A stretch of 64,000 nt of DNA, taken from positions 372,001 through 436,000 of the forward strand of contig JAAOMT010000599.1 of the NCBI GenBank assembly GCA_016748015.1. The letters run 5' to 3'. Positions 23,341-38,500 of the stretch are shown piece after piece; within the stretch, counting starts at the first letter, position 1; each line of letters starts with the position of its first letter. The notes under the pieces were generated by a model that was not told the origin of the DNA, did no database searches, and saw only the letters and a list, made by a program, of their open reading frames with translations. Source of the stretch: Geosiphon pyriformis uo1. Taxonomy: Eukaryota; Fungi; Glomeromycota. The position numbers and the translations under genes are program-made.

Positions 23341-26300
23341 TGCATAGTTTTTTTTCTTTTTAAATTTTATAATTACAATTAAAACAAAAAATAAAAAAGT
23401 TTTAAATATTATTTTTTTTATAATAATTAATAAAATTTCAACAAAAAAAAATTTCTTTGTTATTAAAACAATTAAGCAAAATATTTTAACAATATTTTTT
23501 TTAAGTATTAATAATAAAAAACTGTTTTTAATAACTTCTATAATATTTTTTTATTTTTGGCTGGTAGTTTTTTTTTAATCAAAGTTTTTTCAAAAAACAT
23601 ATTAAAATTAATCTTAATATTGTATTTATTTTTTTAAAAATTTTAAAGTTTTTAATAATAGATTATTTAATAAGCTAGTTTTCTTTGCTTTTATTACTAG
23701 TATTACTATTACTATTTTATAAATAACCCAAAACTTAAAAACTTAAAAAAACAATAATAATTACTTATATCTGTTATTGATATATCAAATTTTTTTATAA
23801 TTTTAAATAAAATCTTGAAAAAAATTTTTTTAACAGCAATTAGTTTTTTTTCTAATATAAACAACAATAATAACAACATATTTTTTAAAATAAACCAAGA
23901 TTAACTATTAATTATATTATCAAATATAATGTTTTTTAGCAGATTATTGTCAGTTTTTGAAACAAAACAACTTATTAAATTACTTAATCTTAAAGATTAA
24001 ATTAATTAAATAAAAACAAAATCAATATTTTTTTCATTGTTTTTTGATACTGTTTCTAATAGTGTTTAAAAAACAATTTTTAGTTGTTAAAAATTTTTTA
24101 AATAAATAATTTTTATTTTAGTATTTGGTATTAGAATCTGATATTGTCTTTTTACTCTTTTTATAAATTAATAAGATAAAGTTAATTAATACTTAAAGAA
24201 AGCTTCTTCTTTTTATTAGACTATTATAAAATTTAATCTTAAGACAGTTAATTTTTAATATTATTATTCTACAAGAAAAAAAATAAAAATAAAAATTAGT
24301 ATTTTATTAATTGCTATAATCAAAAACAATTAGTTTAAGTTATTAAAGTTTTAAAAACATTTATGCTAATTATATTTGATTTAAAATAAAAGTAAAAGAG
24401 ACAATCAATTAAATTTTGATAATTAAAGAATTAAAATTATGTACTTGTAAATTGAATAATAGTATTTTATTTAATTAATAAAAAATAAAAATCAAAGTTA
24501 AAAGATTATTAAGCTAAAGATAAAATATTAAAAGAAAGTTAATTTTTGTCTGTTTTTTTTTATCTGCTAAAACTATTTGTTTTTATACATATTTTCTAGT
24601 TCTATAAAATTGTTTTTAATTGCTTGTTATTATTAGTTATTATTTACTATTTTAGTTATTATTTACTATTTTAGTTATTGCTTTAATTTTTATATTATTA
24701 TTAATTATTTTATATTATTATTAGTTATTTTGTGCTATTTTATATTATTTTGTGTTATTTTATATTATTTTATATTATTTTGTGTTTTTATGTGATATCA
24801 CGTTTTTTAATAATTTTTAATCAGTTTTTTTACTTGAGTAATATTGTTTTTATTTAACTGGTTATTTTTATCATCTTGAATATTTGTTTTTTTTGTATAG
24901 TACAACCAATAAAAGTATCAAAAAATATACATTACAAATAAAATAACAGATATAAATATAATTATTTGTAATTAAAAAACAATCTATATTATATTTAAAT
25001 ATTTTTATTTTATTACAATACTTTAATATATGAAGCAAATTTAAATAATAACTATCTTTTTATATTATTTAAATAAACAACAGAAAGTATTTTTATATTT
25101 TTTAATATTAAATAAATATTAACATATTTTGATATAATTTTTTAGTTATTGCTAAGACACAAATTTATTGGTATTTTTTTTATTATATTTTAAAAATATA
25201 ATATCAGCAAAAAAAAGTTTTTTTATCAATATATTGTATTATAATTGTCTTTTTAAAAATAAAATTTTATTTTTAAAGAGTAAATAAGATCTTTTTAGCA
25301 TAATAAAAGTTTTTTATTACAAGCTTTAAATCAATTACTTGGCTTTAAGAATTAAGATAAAATCATATTTTTTAATTAATAATATTATTTTAACAATTTT
25401 TTGAAAAAGTATTGTTATACTATATTCAACTGAATTATATATTAATTAATTTAAAGCATATATTCTAACTGAAAAATAATTAAAATTAAATACATAAAAC
25501 ATTTTATAATATTCAAAAAAAAAATTTATATGGCGAAAATTTTTATTTAGGCTTTTATTAATTAAAAAAATTCAGATAAATTTAATTTAATTATTAATTT
25601 TTAATATTTTATCAAAGTAAATATTTTGTGTTAATAAATTTAAGTTATTTATATAAATAACAAAGCTTGTATTAACTTTATATTATGAATGAATAAAAAT
25701 TAATAGTTGACTATTATGAAAAATATTATTGGTATTATTTGAGTTTATTGGTAAATAAACTGATAAAATTAACTTTTATTGTATGTCAATTGAAAAATTA
25801 TAATCTAATAATATAATTGGCTCTTTATAATTTGAAAAGTTTTTTCAATTGTAAAAATACTAAAAAGAATCTTAATTTTATTATTTTATAAAATAATTAC
25901 AAATTAGATAAAAAATAAGACTGCAAATTGTTTAGCTTTTTTTATTAAAACAAAACAATAGTGTCTATTAAAGTATTTTATTTTATTTTATAAAACAAAA
26001 GCAATTGCAATATTGACTGGATGATAATGAGTTTTTGCTAATATTATAATTAATTAATATAGTAATAAATAATTATTCAAAGTAGTATAAAAAAAATATT
26101 TAATATATTTTGAATTTAGAATTTTATAAAAATAATTAATAGTTCTAATTTTAATAACTTTTTTTTTTCTTTTTTTGTTTATAGCTCTAAACTTAATATA
26201 TTTGTAAATATGTTTATGTAATTTTGAATATTAAATTAAAAGAAATAAATAATTAGATAAATTATATTTTATAATTTCTTAATACTTTTTTAATATATTT

Positions 26301-29065
26301 GCTTTTTTTGTTTAACTTTTACTTTAATATCTTGTATAATGCTTTAATTTTTTTATTTTTTAATCTTATTATGTAAAATTTCCTTAAAATTTGTAATATA
26401 AATTAGAAAACTATGCTGAATTTCTAAGTTAATAGTAAAATTATAGATTTGTTAAAGCTCAAAAAGTTTTTTATTACTTATATTAATGATTTTTACAGCT
26501 TTTTTCTGTGTTAAAACATTAGAAAAAATTATATTATTTACAACAATCTTTTTAATTGCTTTTAAAATAATTGAAATTAAAGTGGTTTAAATGGGTAAAA
26601 GTTTTAAAATAATAGTTTTAGTTGTAAAAAATACAAAAAATTTTGAATTAAAATCGAAATTGTCAAGTATTTTTTATTTTTTATTTTAATTTCTTGTAAA
26701 AATTTATGCCAAATTTTTTTTTATGTATTAATATATTTGGTACATAAATTAAACTTTAGTATACTGAATTTTCTGTGTTTACTATACGACTATATTTTAA
26801 TATTTTACAAAATTTTTAATGTTAATTTATGAAAATTTTATAAATATAAAACTTATTATATCATAATATAGTTAAAAAAACTTATATATTAAAAAAGTTT
26901 AACAATAAATATAATTAAAAATACAATATTAAAAATGTGATAAATTAAAAAATAAAAAATACACTAAATCAAAAAATAAATGTATTAAATTAGAAAATAA
27001 AAAACATATTAGATTAGAAAATAAAAAACACAAATTTATAATTATTTTTATATAAATAAAACAATATAATAAGTTAAAATATTTAAGTTAATATATTTTT
27101 ATAATAATAATATATTATAATTATATATTATAAATAACATATTATTATAATATAAAATAATATTATTATAAAATATCTAATTATATTTTTTATTAGAAAG
27201 AAAAAAAATAGTTTTATAATAATTAATAATAATGTAATATATGTTTGTTCTTTAAGCTTATAACTAAATTAATTAATTTAATATATATACTTAAAGTAAT
27301 TATAATATAGTATATAAACTTTATATAATTTAGCTATATATAGTCTTTTTATAAGTTAAAAAAAATATTTGTTTTATATTAATCCAATTTTTTTTATAAT
27401 TTTATAGTAAATAGTTAGTTATTTTTTTTAAAGCTCTAAATACTTTTATTAATATTTAAAATATATTATGTATTTATTATTAGTTTTCCAAATTTTTTAT
27501 TATTTTTAGTTCTTTAAACACATATTATTAATATTTTATATTATGTTTTATTTTATTAAATAAATTGTTAATTTTATTATCTAATTTTGTTTTTATTATA
27601 GTGTTAATTAAGTAATAAAAAGTGTTATGTTATTAGAAACATAATTTTAACAATAGTGTTTAATTAATTAATTATTTTAGTTATGTTTTTTTTAAAAAAC
27701 TTTTTTATAATTTCTTTATTTTTGCTTTTAAAACTAAATTTTTAAATCTTAATAAAAACTTATATTAAATTAATTCTTACCAAAAATAAATAGTAATAAC
27801 AATATTTCTTTACTTTAATAATTTGTTTAATACTTTTTTTACTTTCTTAAAGCTAAAATAATTTATACAGTTATATATATATTATTCAGAAAAAGCATTA
27901 TTATTATTAAGAAGATTCTAAATCTGTGCTTTTTTGTCAATAATAATATTTATAAGTAATATAAATACAAATATATAATCAATTATTTTAACAATTTTTT
28001 TTAAATTATTATTTTAATTATAAAGCTATTTAATAAAAAGTTAACTAAATTAAAATCAGAGTAGTTTTTAAAACTAGTACTTTTTTTAATTCTATTTTTA
28101 AAAAGTTGATAATATTAACTTAAATAAGTTTTTTTTAAAAAAAAACATTTAAAACTAAAACAAAAAGCTTATTTTTAAATAGCAATTTAATTAACAGAAA
28201 TTATTTAGTTATTTTAATAATTTAAGATTTAAATTAAACATAAAAATTTTTATATTTTCAAATTTGTCTTTAATTTATAATCTAACTTAATTTTTTAATT
28301 TTGTTTTAATAATAATAAATATAAAATTATTAAATTCTTTGTGTTATTTTATAATGTTTTTTTGCTTAGTAAAATTGTTTATTTTTTTATATTACATATA
28401 ATAATTTTTTAAACTAAATTAATTATTAAAAAATAATCAAATTTAATTTATTCTTAAAAATTATTTTATTTAATTTTAATATTATTCTAACAACAAAACC
28501 CAAAATCTTAAACATTTTGTTTTAAAACTATTTAATTAAAAAAAAAAATATTTAGAAGTATCAATATTCACAAAAAATATATTAATAATTATTTTAAAAA
28601 AATTATTTAAAATTATGTCAAATTCAAATATTGGTTTTACAAAAAAAATAATTTGATTTAATAATTTAATAAAAATTATAAAATTATATAAAAATATTTA
28701 ATCATAATATAACATAATAATAATCTTAAAAATATACTAATTAATATAATAATAATTACTAAATAGTATTAGCAATAAGCATTATCTTATAATAATAGCA
28801 GATATTATAATATAATAATAGCAGATATTATAATATAATAATAATAAACATATTAAAATATTAAAAATAAAGTATTACAATATTTTTTTTTAGAATTATA
28901 TATATATATATATAATAGTTTTAATATTAAGAAAAATTATTATTTATCTTTTATATAAATTATTTTTTAGTAATTTTTTTAAAAAATATCTAAATAAACT
29001 TTTTTAATTAAAAAAAATCAAAAATAATATTAAATACTAAATTATAAATAGTAAAATATTAAAAT
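23341..29065. other. Extremely AT-rich tract, probably decayed transposon relics, with short tandem arrays (~24630-24800, ~28790-28840)
   Basis: No ORF >=60 aa in the track; very few C/G; local 10-20 bp tandem repeats. Confidence 0.55.
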
Positions 29066-29208
29066 ATTATTTATTTATTTTTTTTATTAAAGATTTTACA
29101 AGTGCAGCCCAACCACTACCTAAGTACATAGAATACACAGAATCTAAATTAAGCATGGTTCATGCTTTTTCTACATGTGACTAGCCACTTGGGCCAACCA
29201 AGGCAGCA

Positions 29209-32200
29209 CTACGCATCCAGAATTCCCGCTACAGGAAAACCACTCAAGAAACTAAAGTCGAATTTTATAAGACACGGGTGCAACCTGAAGCACATGTGAA
29301 CACCCAACCTGAAACTAAAATCTTGGATTGACCCAACAGACCACAAAAAAAACAGACCAGACACCGAAGAAAAGAAGGAGCCATCTTATAGCAAAAAGTT
29401 ATGCTTTTTATAATAAGATCTCAACTTAGCCACTGGTATCCAAATGGCTGACCTGTAACTCTTAGCAAAACAACAAACAAAATCAACAACCAATGTGTCC
29501 TCACCAAAACCAGCACCCAAACAGCTTATCATGTCAGCCACCCAGTTTTTCAACACAAAACCTTTAGCCAGTACTATGAATAGGTTGATAGAAGATTCAG
29601 TCTTATGCAGTAACTTAGCAATTGCATTTCCATTGGCAGAAATTTTCAGTGCTACATTCCACTCCATAGAAGCATCAGACAACAAAGTTTCCCAAACATT
29701 GGCATTATGAGCACAAGAAAACACGTAATCAAAGTCCTCCACCAATTCACACCTAATGTAAGCAATACTTGGATATCTCAGATTGTACAATCTTTTTTTT
29801 TGGCCACTGATAAGTGGTGGTGGAGCACTTTCATGAGATATAACTGAAGTGTCGCTGATGCACTACTGGTGTAGCCAGATTTGATCTTGTCATCAGGATG
29901 CCAAACACAAAAGGTTTTGGCCTTATCAAAATGGTTACAGAGACCTGCACTAATGAAGCTACCAATACATTTGGCTTCCCAACTAACAGAGTGAACAGCA
30001 TTAAACAATTTTTTGGCAATGTGACGAGCATTTCCAGAGACAAGCCTGTCTTCAACCCTGAGAAAGTGATAAAAAACCACAAGAGGCAGAAAGAACTTAG
30101 AAGCAACAGTGGCATCAGCATAAAAATTAGCACATTCATTTCTAACAACACCAGAATGACTCTTGACTTTGTTCCAAGTAATTGACAAGCCTTTTTTAGA
30201 GATGACATGACGAATATGTTCCTTTTTAATCCAGCATTTGTCATGAAAATCAGGACTAAACACACCATTGCCAGATTTGCACAAGTTTAGCAAAGCCTGG
30301 TTGTCAGTAAACAAATTAACAGACCAAGAAGTGGGCACACACTCTAAAGCAAATGCAATGGCTTACAGCTCCACCAGAATTGAGGACAACAACCCATCTA
30401 TCTTGACCCTAATACTAACATTTGCATCCGGAAAGTAGACGGCAGCACCACCACAAACACCCAATGAACCCAAATCTTTGACAGAACCATCTGTATAGAC
30501 AGTTACAGAACTCAAATCAGAATCCAGTAAATGCTTATTAACATAACCAAAGTCACAAAGAGAGTCAGCAAGAGCTGAACAATAAGACAATGCCACACGA
30601 TTTAACAAACCACCCCCATTGATAAATTCAACCAATAAGACAAACCAGACAGGAACTGGGCCTCTAGGGTCCAGCTTCTTCCACCTGCAAAAAGTGTTCC
30701 ACTCAAAACATACACCTTGGCAGTCCAAAAGCTGATGAACAAACACTATGCCGTACCTTCTAAGAGACTTTGCCATATGCAAATAAGACTCTAAACTGAG
30801 CACATCCAAAACTGCAATATTATTTTTGGCCCGAAAAACATCAGACAGATCACCACCCAATGAGAGGTTGCACAATTTGAGAGCACGTGTTGCACCAGCC
30901 AAAAAACAATTTGTGGGATCAATCAGCAAATTGATCGGAACTTTTAGAGGATGCCAGAGCATCCAGTTAGTGGCCTGCAACTTCATGGCTCTGTGCTCAA
31001 ATAGCTTACTGAGGATTCCATCAGCATTTGCGAACACAACCAAGCCAGCCAATATATTCTCAGTCAGCATCTGTTCAAAAGTCCTTAAACCATATAATTC
31101 TGGATGATACAAAGCCTTATTTGAAAAATCTTTGGGTAGATTGGCCTTGAGCTTTAACCCCTTCCTCAACATTTTGTTTCACTTTTCACAAACACTCTTA
31201 GAGATACAACTAAACTGTAGCCTGTAACTAATTATGGGCTGCAGAACAGCAGAGACCAAATACAAAAATTGCTTCTCAGTAATAACTTTCCTTAACACTA
31301 CATTTGAAAAGAACCTGATATCCGAATAGGCTTTGGCCAAACTTGGCTTAGATAGGCCATCTGTAGAAAGAAAGATCCCTAAGTATTGGTAAGACACATT
31401 CTTCTTGGCAATAGAAATCTTAGAGCCACTGATTGACAAAAAAATCTCTCTGGCCTCTCAATTGATAGAAATGACAACTGTCTTATCTGTGTTGATAGCA
31501 ATATTATTAATTAAAAAAATTCACTCATAATGTCCAAAATGTATTGTGTGGTTACCAGACAATTCCCAACCCAAATAGTGTCATCTACAAAGGCACCAAC
31601 TGCAAAAAAAGAGGTTCTGCCACCCTTAGGGTTAGCTCTACTTGTTCTGGTAAAAAATTTAAAATCCAACCTATAGCCGCATAATTGTTCATGCCTTTTG
31701 ACCTCACAAAGCAGAGGGTTGTAAAAAATTTTTCACAACAATGGTGAAAAAACTTTCCCTTGATCCAACCCATTATGAACAGCATATCCATCAGTTAGAC
31801 CAAAGTCTGTCATTATCTGATTGGTTCAATTATTGTGTATATTTCCAAAAAATTCAATAAAATGGGGGCACATTTTGATCCTAGTTAGACTATTCCACAG
31901 ATGGGGCCACTTGACTGAGTCATAAGCTTTTCACATATCTTAAAGCACCAGCCACAGCTTCCTGTTCTTTTCAAGTGCATCTTCAACAATAGAACCAATA
32001 GTGAAAATAGAAGTTTAAATAGATGTATTCTTTAACACTAAAAAATTGTCTCCACAAAGAACATCAGAAACACTACAAGCCAGAGATATTCTGTCAGACA
32101 GAACCTTAGACAGTATCTTCCTGGCTGTCTCAATCAAAGCTATTGGCCTGGTATTGGTAAGTGTCTCTTTCCAATCATAGGGCTTTGGTATCATGGAAAC

Positions 32201-33894
32201 CCAGGCTTGCCTCCACTGTGAAGGAACTGCCTCAACTTTAAGCACACATTAAGAATGTCAAGCAGACCATCCAGAACCTGAGCATCTCCATGCTTTCAAA
32301 GCTCATTAGAAATACCAGACATGCCAGCAGCTTTTCCATCAGGCAGTCTTTTGACCACTAAGAGAAACTTATCCAATTTAATCATATTCATGACCTTTAA
32401 GAATGCATTATTACTGACATGGTCCAAGGGAGCATATTGATTAGACCAACGAACAGGCAAAGAGACAGGAGCAATCTGTTTTCTCATTCATTCCTCCATG
32501 ATTTCATTAACAGCAGACTTAACTTTCTTGGACTCCAAAATTAACTCATTGTCCAATATTAGATGGTCCAACACAACTTTTTTAAATGGCTGATCCAAAA
32601 CACTCTTGATCATAAGTTCCTTATCAGAGCTAAAGTTTTCCATTTATTTGTCTATTGCTCTCCTGATTGAAATATCTCTGGTCACCCTAGACTCATAGTA
32701 TTTAGACTTTCAGTACAATTTTCTGACTCTTGATAGGTGTTGAAGAATGCTTACCCTGCTCTCATTATCATCAAACATTGTGCACGCTTTGGAGGCTCCT
32801 TTACTATCAAGATTAGACCATACCTTAAAGAGACAAACAGCATCTGATTCTTGATTCAAGCTCAAACATTTTACCAACTTGGCCACCAACAATTCCAACT
32901 TGAAAAACTTCAAAGACAGCTTATTTCTTGAACAGTCAAACTCACTAAACCAATGTCTAGAAAACACCTTATCTGCTAAGTTTAAGACCACATCCTTAAG
33001 GATCCTTCACATGACATCCAAATTTCCATTAACTTTTATATCATTGAATAAAACCATGTTTTCCAAGAACTTGTCTAAAGAACATTCCCTAAAGTGTGAC
33101 TACTTATTAGCATCCACATCCTTAATCTTGAATTTCCACTTATCTTTATTGGCCTGTTTACGCTCACTATTGAGACGGAAATCTAAGAGACCATCCAAAC
33201 CAATAGAAACCAGAACAGTATTATAATCAGTGTCAAAAAAATCAGAGACAGAAGTGACTTCATGACCAGCCAAAGCAGATGACAGACTCTTGCTCACAAA
33301 AATGTAGTCAATAATCTTCACGACACCCTGAAAATTGCCCCAAGTGAAAGCTTTGACCAGAGAATGTCCACTAAAGGAATTGACCAACCCCAAATTCAAG
33401 CAAAACTTAAGACTAGCACTCTTCCTAAATCCATCTTCATTGAAGTCACCACCCAGAACCATAAATGTAGAAGAATTAGCAGCCTTGGCAATAAGAGAGT
33501 TAATTTCGCAAGCTTAGCCAAATCTAGTCTTGGCAGAAGCACCTACATATAGGCCCAAAATCACTACTGACAACCTGCTCTTAAAAAGGAGCTGAACAGA
33601 GAAAAGATGACCAGGTACCTCTTCAACCTTAGAAACATGACGAGTAAGAGAATTGTTTACAATAATCATCACTCTAGCACCAAGAAACCCATTGTCCAAA
33701 CCAGAAGAGAATATTCTCACTCCATCGAACTTGTTTATAATCCAAGGCCTAACATTAGACCTCAACTTTGTTTCTGTAACAATAGAAACCATATTCCCAG
33801 AATCAATGTGCCAACAAACAACATCTTCCTGCTTGGCAGGGACATTGATATCACGAGCATTGCATGTTGCAATTTTTCAAACCAGCTCTATTAT
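29209..33894 (-). pseudogene. LINE L-2 ORF2 (APE-RT-RNaseH-CCHC) with premature stops
   Basis: Colinear minus-strand ORF fragments from 33514-33792 down to 29386-29790. Confidence 0.9.
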
Positions 33895-34669
33895 TGAGAA
33901 GAAAGAACATTGGGAACCAAATCAGCATTGTTAACTTTGGCCAAGAGGCCCATAACTGTAACTGAAAGATTGCGTAGAGTTTCCTCCATTTTAGAGACAA
34001 TTGAAGAGTCAAAAACTGCCACTCCTGTAATAGCCTCACCACCAGTGACTACACCCAAACCCTCACTCATCACTATATCTGCCTCTTAATTCTGTGATGA
34101 AGGGGTCACCAATAGCTGACATCCAGAGCTAGGCTGAGAAACCATTGGCCCAAGTAAGTCCAATCTCTTAGCCAACTTGTCCATGTGTTCCACGAGGCTG
34201 GCAAGACTATGCTTAAGAGCAGCAAATCTATCATTTAATTCCACAGACACCAATGGAGTAAGTTTCATCTCCAAAGAAGAGCCAAAAGAAACTGAGTTAT
34301 CACATACAGAGAGAGGAGAAAAAAAAGACCCACCAACAATATTGGCCCATGAAATACCACCAAAAAACACAAGATAAGAGATTTGAGCAGAGCACCTTGT
34401 ATAAATAGAAGCCAGTCTGCTTTTATCATCCTCAGACAATATTCTGCGAGCTAGTCCACCAGGGGAAGTTTTCTCACCCACAAAACAACCCAGAGATATA
34501 TGACCCAAATTCTCACACTTAGCACACTTAGCAGAACCCAGGTGAGCCCAACACAGATTAGCACCTTTTAAGACAGGTGTAGTTTCCATAACTGCATTAA
34601 TTAAAGCAGCAGAGTTAAAACAAACAATAGCACATTTGGTCTGAGCATATATAACAGGGTGTTAATCAA

Positions 34670-35542
34670 TGTTACTTATAGAAATATAGGAAATATATTA
34701 GCATAATTATTAGCCAATCAGAAGTAAGCATAGTAAATGTGGAATTCCAGGATTCCTCTCAGGAATTGCAGGATTCCAGGAATTTCAGGATTCCCCAACG
34801 AGAAATTACAAGATTCCAGAATTCCAGGATTCCTCTCAAAGGAATCACAGAATTCCAGGAATTCCAGGATTCTTGTCATAAAGAATCAAGGAATTGAAGA
34901 ATCTCAATTATCAGTAGTATTAAAAACAGAAAAGACAGAATTGATACTACAGAATCCTTAGCAAAGAAACTATTCATCAAATAAATAATTATTCCATTTT
35001 TCAATTCACTCTCCACTATCAACACTTCATGTTGATAGTAATTGATACTTAACCACGCTGGAACAATAGCTTTTGATCACGGCTATTGATGAGATACTAA
35101 CTGACCACATTGCCTTGGCTTATTTTATTTAATTTCTTTATTTTTCCTTTATTTTATTTTCTTTCTTTTTTTGATTTTGTTGTTGTGTACTAATTGATTA
35201 AAGGATTAAGCACTAAAGTTATTGACGTCAAGGATAGCCTGGTAAAAGACCCAGAAATAAGGGTAGGATTTATATATTATCGGATAGCTTACCAGAAGGG
35301 CATGACTGCCAGACTAAATCCGGCCACCACATTAAGAAAGAAATTGGAAAAACTATTTGAAAGATACACCTACTATTGACACTATTGAATCTCTGTCTAT
35401 TATACAAAGAACTCCATCAAACCCTTCAGATACAAAACTTTCAGATACCATACCTTCCACACATTATCCACGAAAGTAGCTTTTGAGTACCAAGTTACGG
35501 GTTTGTTATTCAATACAACAGCAGAAATAATCATCTGTAACA
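34670..35542 (+). repeat. 5' LTR of Gypsy C, with GGAATTCC/ATTCCAGG tandem array in U3
   Basis: Direct repeat of 43942-44799; followed by the PBS. Confidence 0.95.
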
Positions 35543-35544
35543 TT

Positions 35545-35562
35545 TGGTGCTCCCTGTGAGAT
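35545..35562 (+). other. Primer binding site of Gypsy C (TGGTGCTCCCTGTGAGAT)
   Basis: TGG 2 nt after the LTR; shares TGGTGCTC with the family A PBS. Confidence 0.8.
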
Positions 35563-38500
35563 ATAATCTTACAGAGAACCAGCACCAACAACACCAAACC
35601 AAAAGTGGCAGAATCAGAAATTATAGGAGCAAACCATTTAGGATTCACAAAATCTTTATTTTAACACTATTGTCAATACTTGGGATTAAACCACAATCAT
35701 ATATCTGCCGAATCAGTCTTCAATTTCTACATCAACAAAAAGATTTTCTCTTTATTAGAAACACCAGTGAATACTGAATCAGCAAGAAAAATTTTCTATA
35801 AGGAATTAATTCAAAACACCAACCTACCAACAAACCATAATTTTGCATCCATTATCACTGAGATCAACAAAGAAATTGAACACCACACTCAACAAAGATA
35901 TCCAATTACATACGCTAGTAAAGGCAAGGGGAAATTACAAACCCCAGCAGTAACACCCTGAAAAATACAGCCACCTGCTTGGAAGAAAAACAGAGTTGAA
36001 TCCTCAAGCAACCCATCATACCACTATACATCTGGAAGCGCCATCAACATATCATCAACTAACGCGTTTCCATCAACTGTGACATCAGCATTTGGATGAT
36101 TCCCATTCTAAAATAGACAAAGGAAAACAGAATTGTTAGAACCATATGGTGAATACTTTGAAGAATTTAATTCGCAATCATCAACCCCATTAGAACTTTG
36201 ATCACCACTACCTTCACTAGATTTCGGAATCTCTAATCCATGGAAAGCAGCAGAATCAGAAAAGGAGGAAGAAGAATCAGAGGATCAAAAATTCACTTAC
36301 CTGCACCCGATCACTGAAAACCCGGAAGTTGAAACCCCGAACATTCAAACTCAGCAACAGTTAGAAAATCTGGAAATCAAAACTCCAAATATTTGAACAC
36401 CGCCAAATCAAAAAAATCAAAACCCCAAATTAATTAATCAGCAAAACTTACCTCCGGTAATTGTCATTAATCAACTGCCAATTAATCCCATAGCCAAACC
36501 CATACAGCAGCCACTTCAGCTACCACTCCAACAGCCAGGACAATAACAACTGCTTCAACAGCCACCACAACCACCTAACTTAGATCCAATGGCCTATGCA
36601 CCAATCGCAAAACTTGACAACTTTACGGGCGAAGAAAATGACACTCAAATATGGCTGAATGATGTAGAAAAAGCCATCGCAGCCAACGGATGAAATGACG
36701 CTTGAGCAATGCAAGCCATTCCCTACTTTCTCAAGAATACTGCCAATTCATGGTACTAGAGCTTGATTAATAAACCACAAGATTTTAATGCCTTCAAAAC
36801 AGAATTCCTAAGATACTTCAGCAACAATAACAGCATCAATTGCCTAGTCAATGCATTTACTACCATGAAACAAGAAGAAACTGAAACAGTCACCACTTAC
36901 CTGGGATGCTTCCATTGAAACCTATGCCAAATTCAAGCAATTAACGCCAACTATTTCACAGCACCACAGATACTCAATCAGTTTATCCATGGCCTGCGCA
37001 GCAGTATCTTACAACATGTATGTCCATTGCATTCAGGCACCCTTTAAAATGCAGTCACATGCACCAGAGATTTTGAATCCGCTGAGTCAGAGGCTAACCA
37101 CGCCCAAGCCGTTAATCTAGTAATGAACAGATCATCTGAATTGGATTCCAAATTGGAGAAGTTCAGTGAATCAATCAATAAGAGATTGGAAGAATACTTA
37201 GCTGACAATTATGCCATATATCAGCCTCCACAACGATGCAATAATCAAAGAAACTTTAATTGTGCTTAAAATCAATCACATCCATCTTCATCAACCAATC
37301 AACAGTGGCAACAGGAAACGCGTATTTGCCACTATTGTGGTAAACAAGGACATATCCAAATTGACTGTCACCAGCAGTTAAATAACCAACAATTAGGAAA
37401 TCTATATTGAAACCTCGATTGCTGGTTCCAAACTCTGAATCAGTACCCAAATCAAAACCCACCTGCTTACCTACTAGTGATACAGTCATCAGTCTATCAG
37501 TCTCCAGTATATCAACCTCCAATTTATCAGCTGCAGCCACAAGTAATATATCAACCGCAGCCACAAATAATCTATCAACCCTAACAGATCCAAACACCAC
37601 CCCAAAGCTTACCACCCAATGGAACCCAAAGACCGAGAATGACTCAACAGAGCTGGAGATCGGCAATGGTAGTCCATCAACCAATCCCCAGTTCTTTACA
37701 GCAACCATCTGGATTACGCCAGTGGAATTTGGGTACCAGTCAACTCCAAAACCTGAATTCCCAGAACTATTTAAGTCTCTTGGTCACCCCAGAAGACACT
37801 TCAACCAATAACCCAGCATTTACCCAAAAACAACTACTCACCAGTAATATCTCACCTGCTACCATTACCAAAGACAAGTCATTGGCCGCTATCTTCCCAT
37901 TTGAATTTGAAAAAACAGCTGCAATGCCATTATTTAGTGGAGCCGCTATTGAAGCCAAACCAATTACCGTGATATACACTGACACCAAAGTAGAAAGACA
38001 ATCCATCAAATTGATTCTGAACAGTGGTTCCGCAGGCAGCATAATCACAAGACAACTCATGGATCAATTAGGTCGCCGAGTTGATCGAGCTGCCAGCGCC
38101 AGAATCATCACAGCTGATGGAGCAACCAAAACTCCAATTGGCAAAATTGATAACTTTTCTTTTAAAGTCAATGGTATTATGACTCCTATTAAAGTTCTAG
38201 TGATGGAAGCCACTCAATACCAAGCTCTCGTTGGTAATAACTGGCTATCCAAAGTCAATGCAACATTAGACTGGAACACCCAGGAACTCCAGCTAACATA
38301 TCAAGGCCAATATATACATGTTCTGGCCATGTGTGGCCACTTCAAAACTCCTCCAAAAAAGAAACTATTGATCGAACTGGAGGAAGAGAAAAAAAAGCCT
38401 ACCTGGGAAGTCTACCAAGTGTCATGGACGGACGAAGAGCACAACAAACTACCACCAATACTCTCCTGGGATGACAGCAACAAGAGAAAAGGGAAACAAA

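Noticed and set aside
24850-26100. Possible decayed DNA-transposon (CACTA-like) transposase
   Set aside because: A few codon-like stretches but too degenerate to support; no termini found.
34739-34872. Palindromic GGAATTCC repeats as a CRISPR array or heat-shock elements
   Set aside because: No unique spacers, eukaryotic context and located inside an LTR; the spacing mostly does not fit nGAAnnTTCn.
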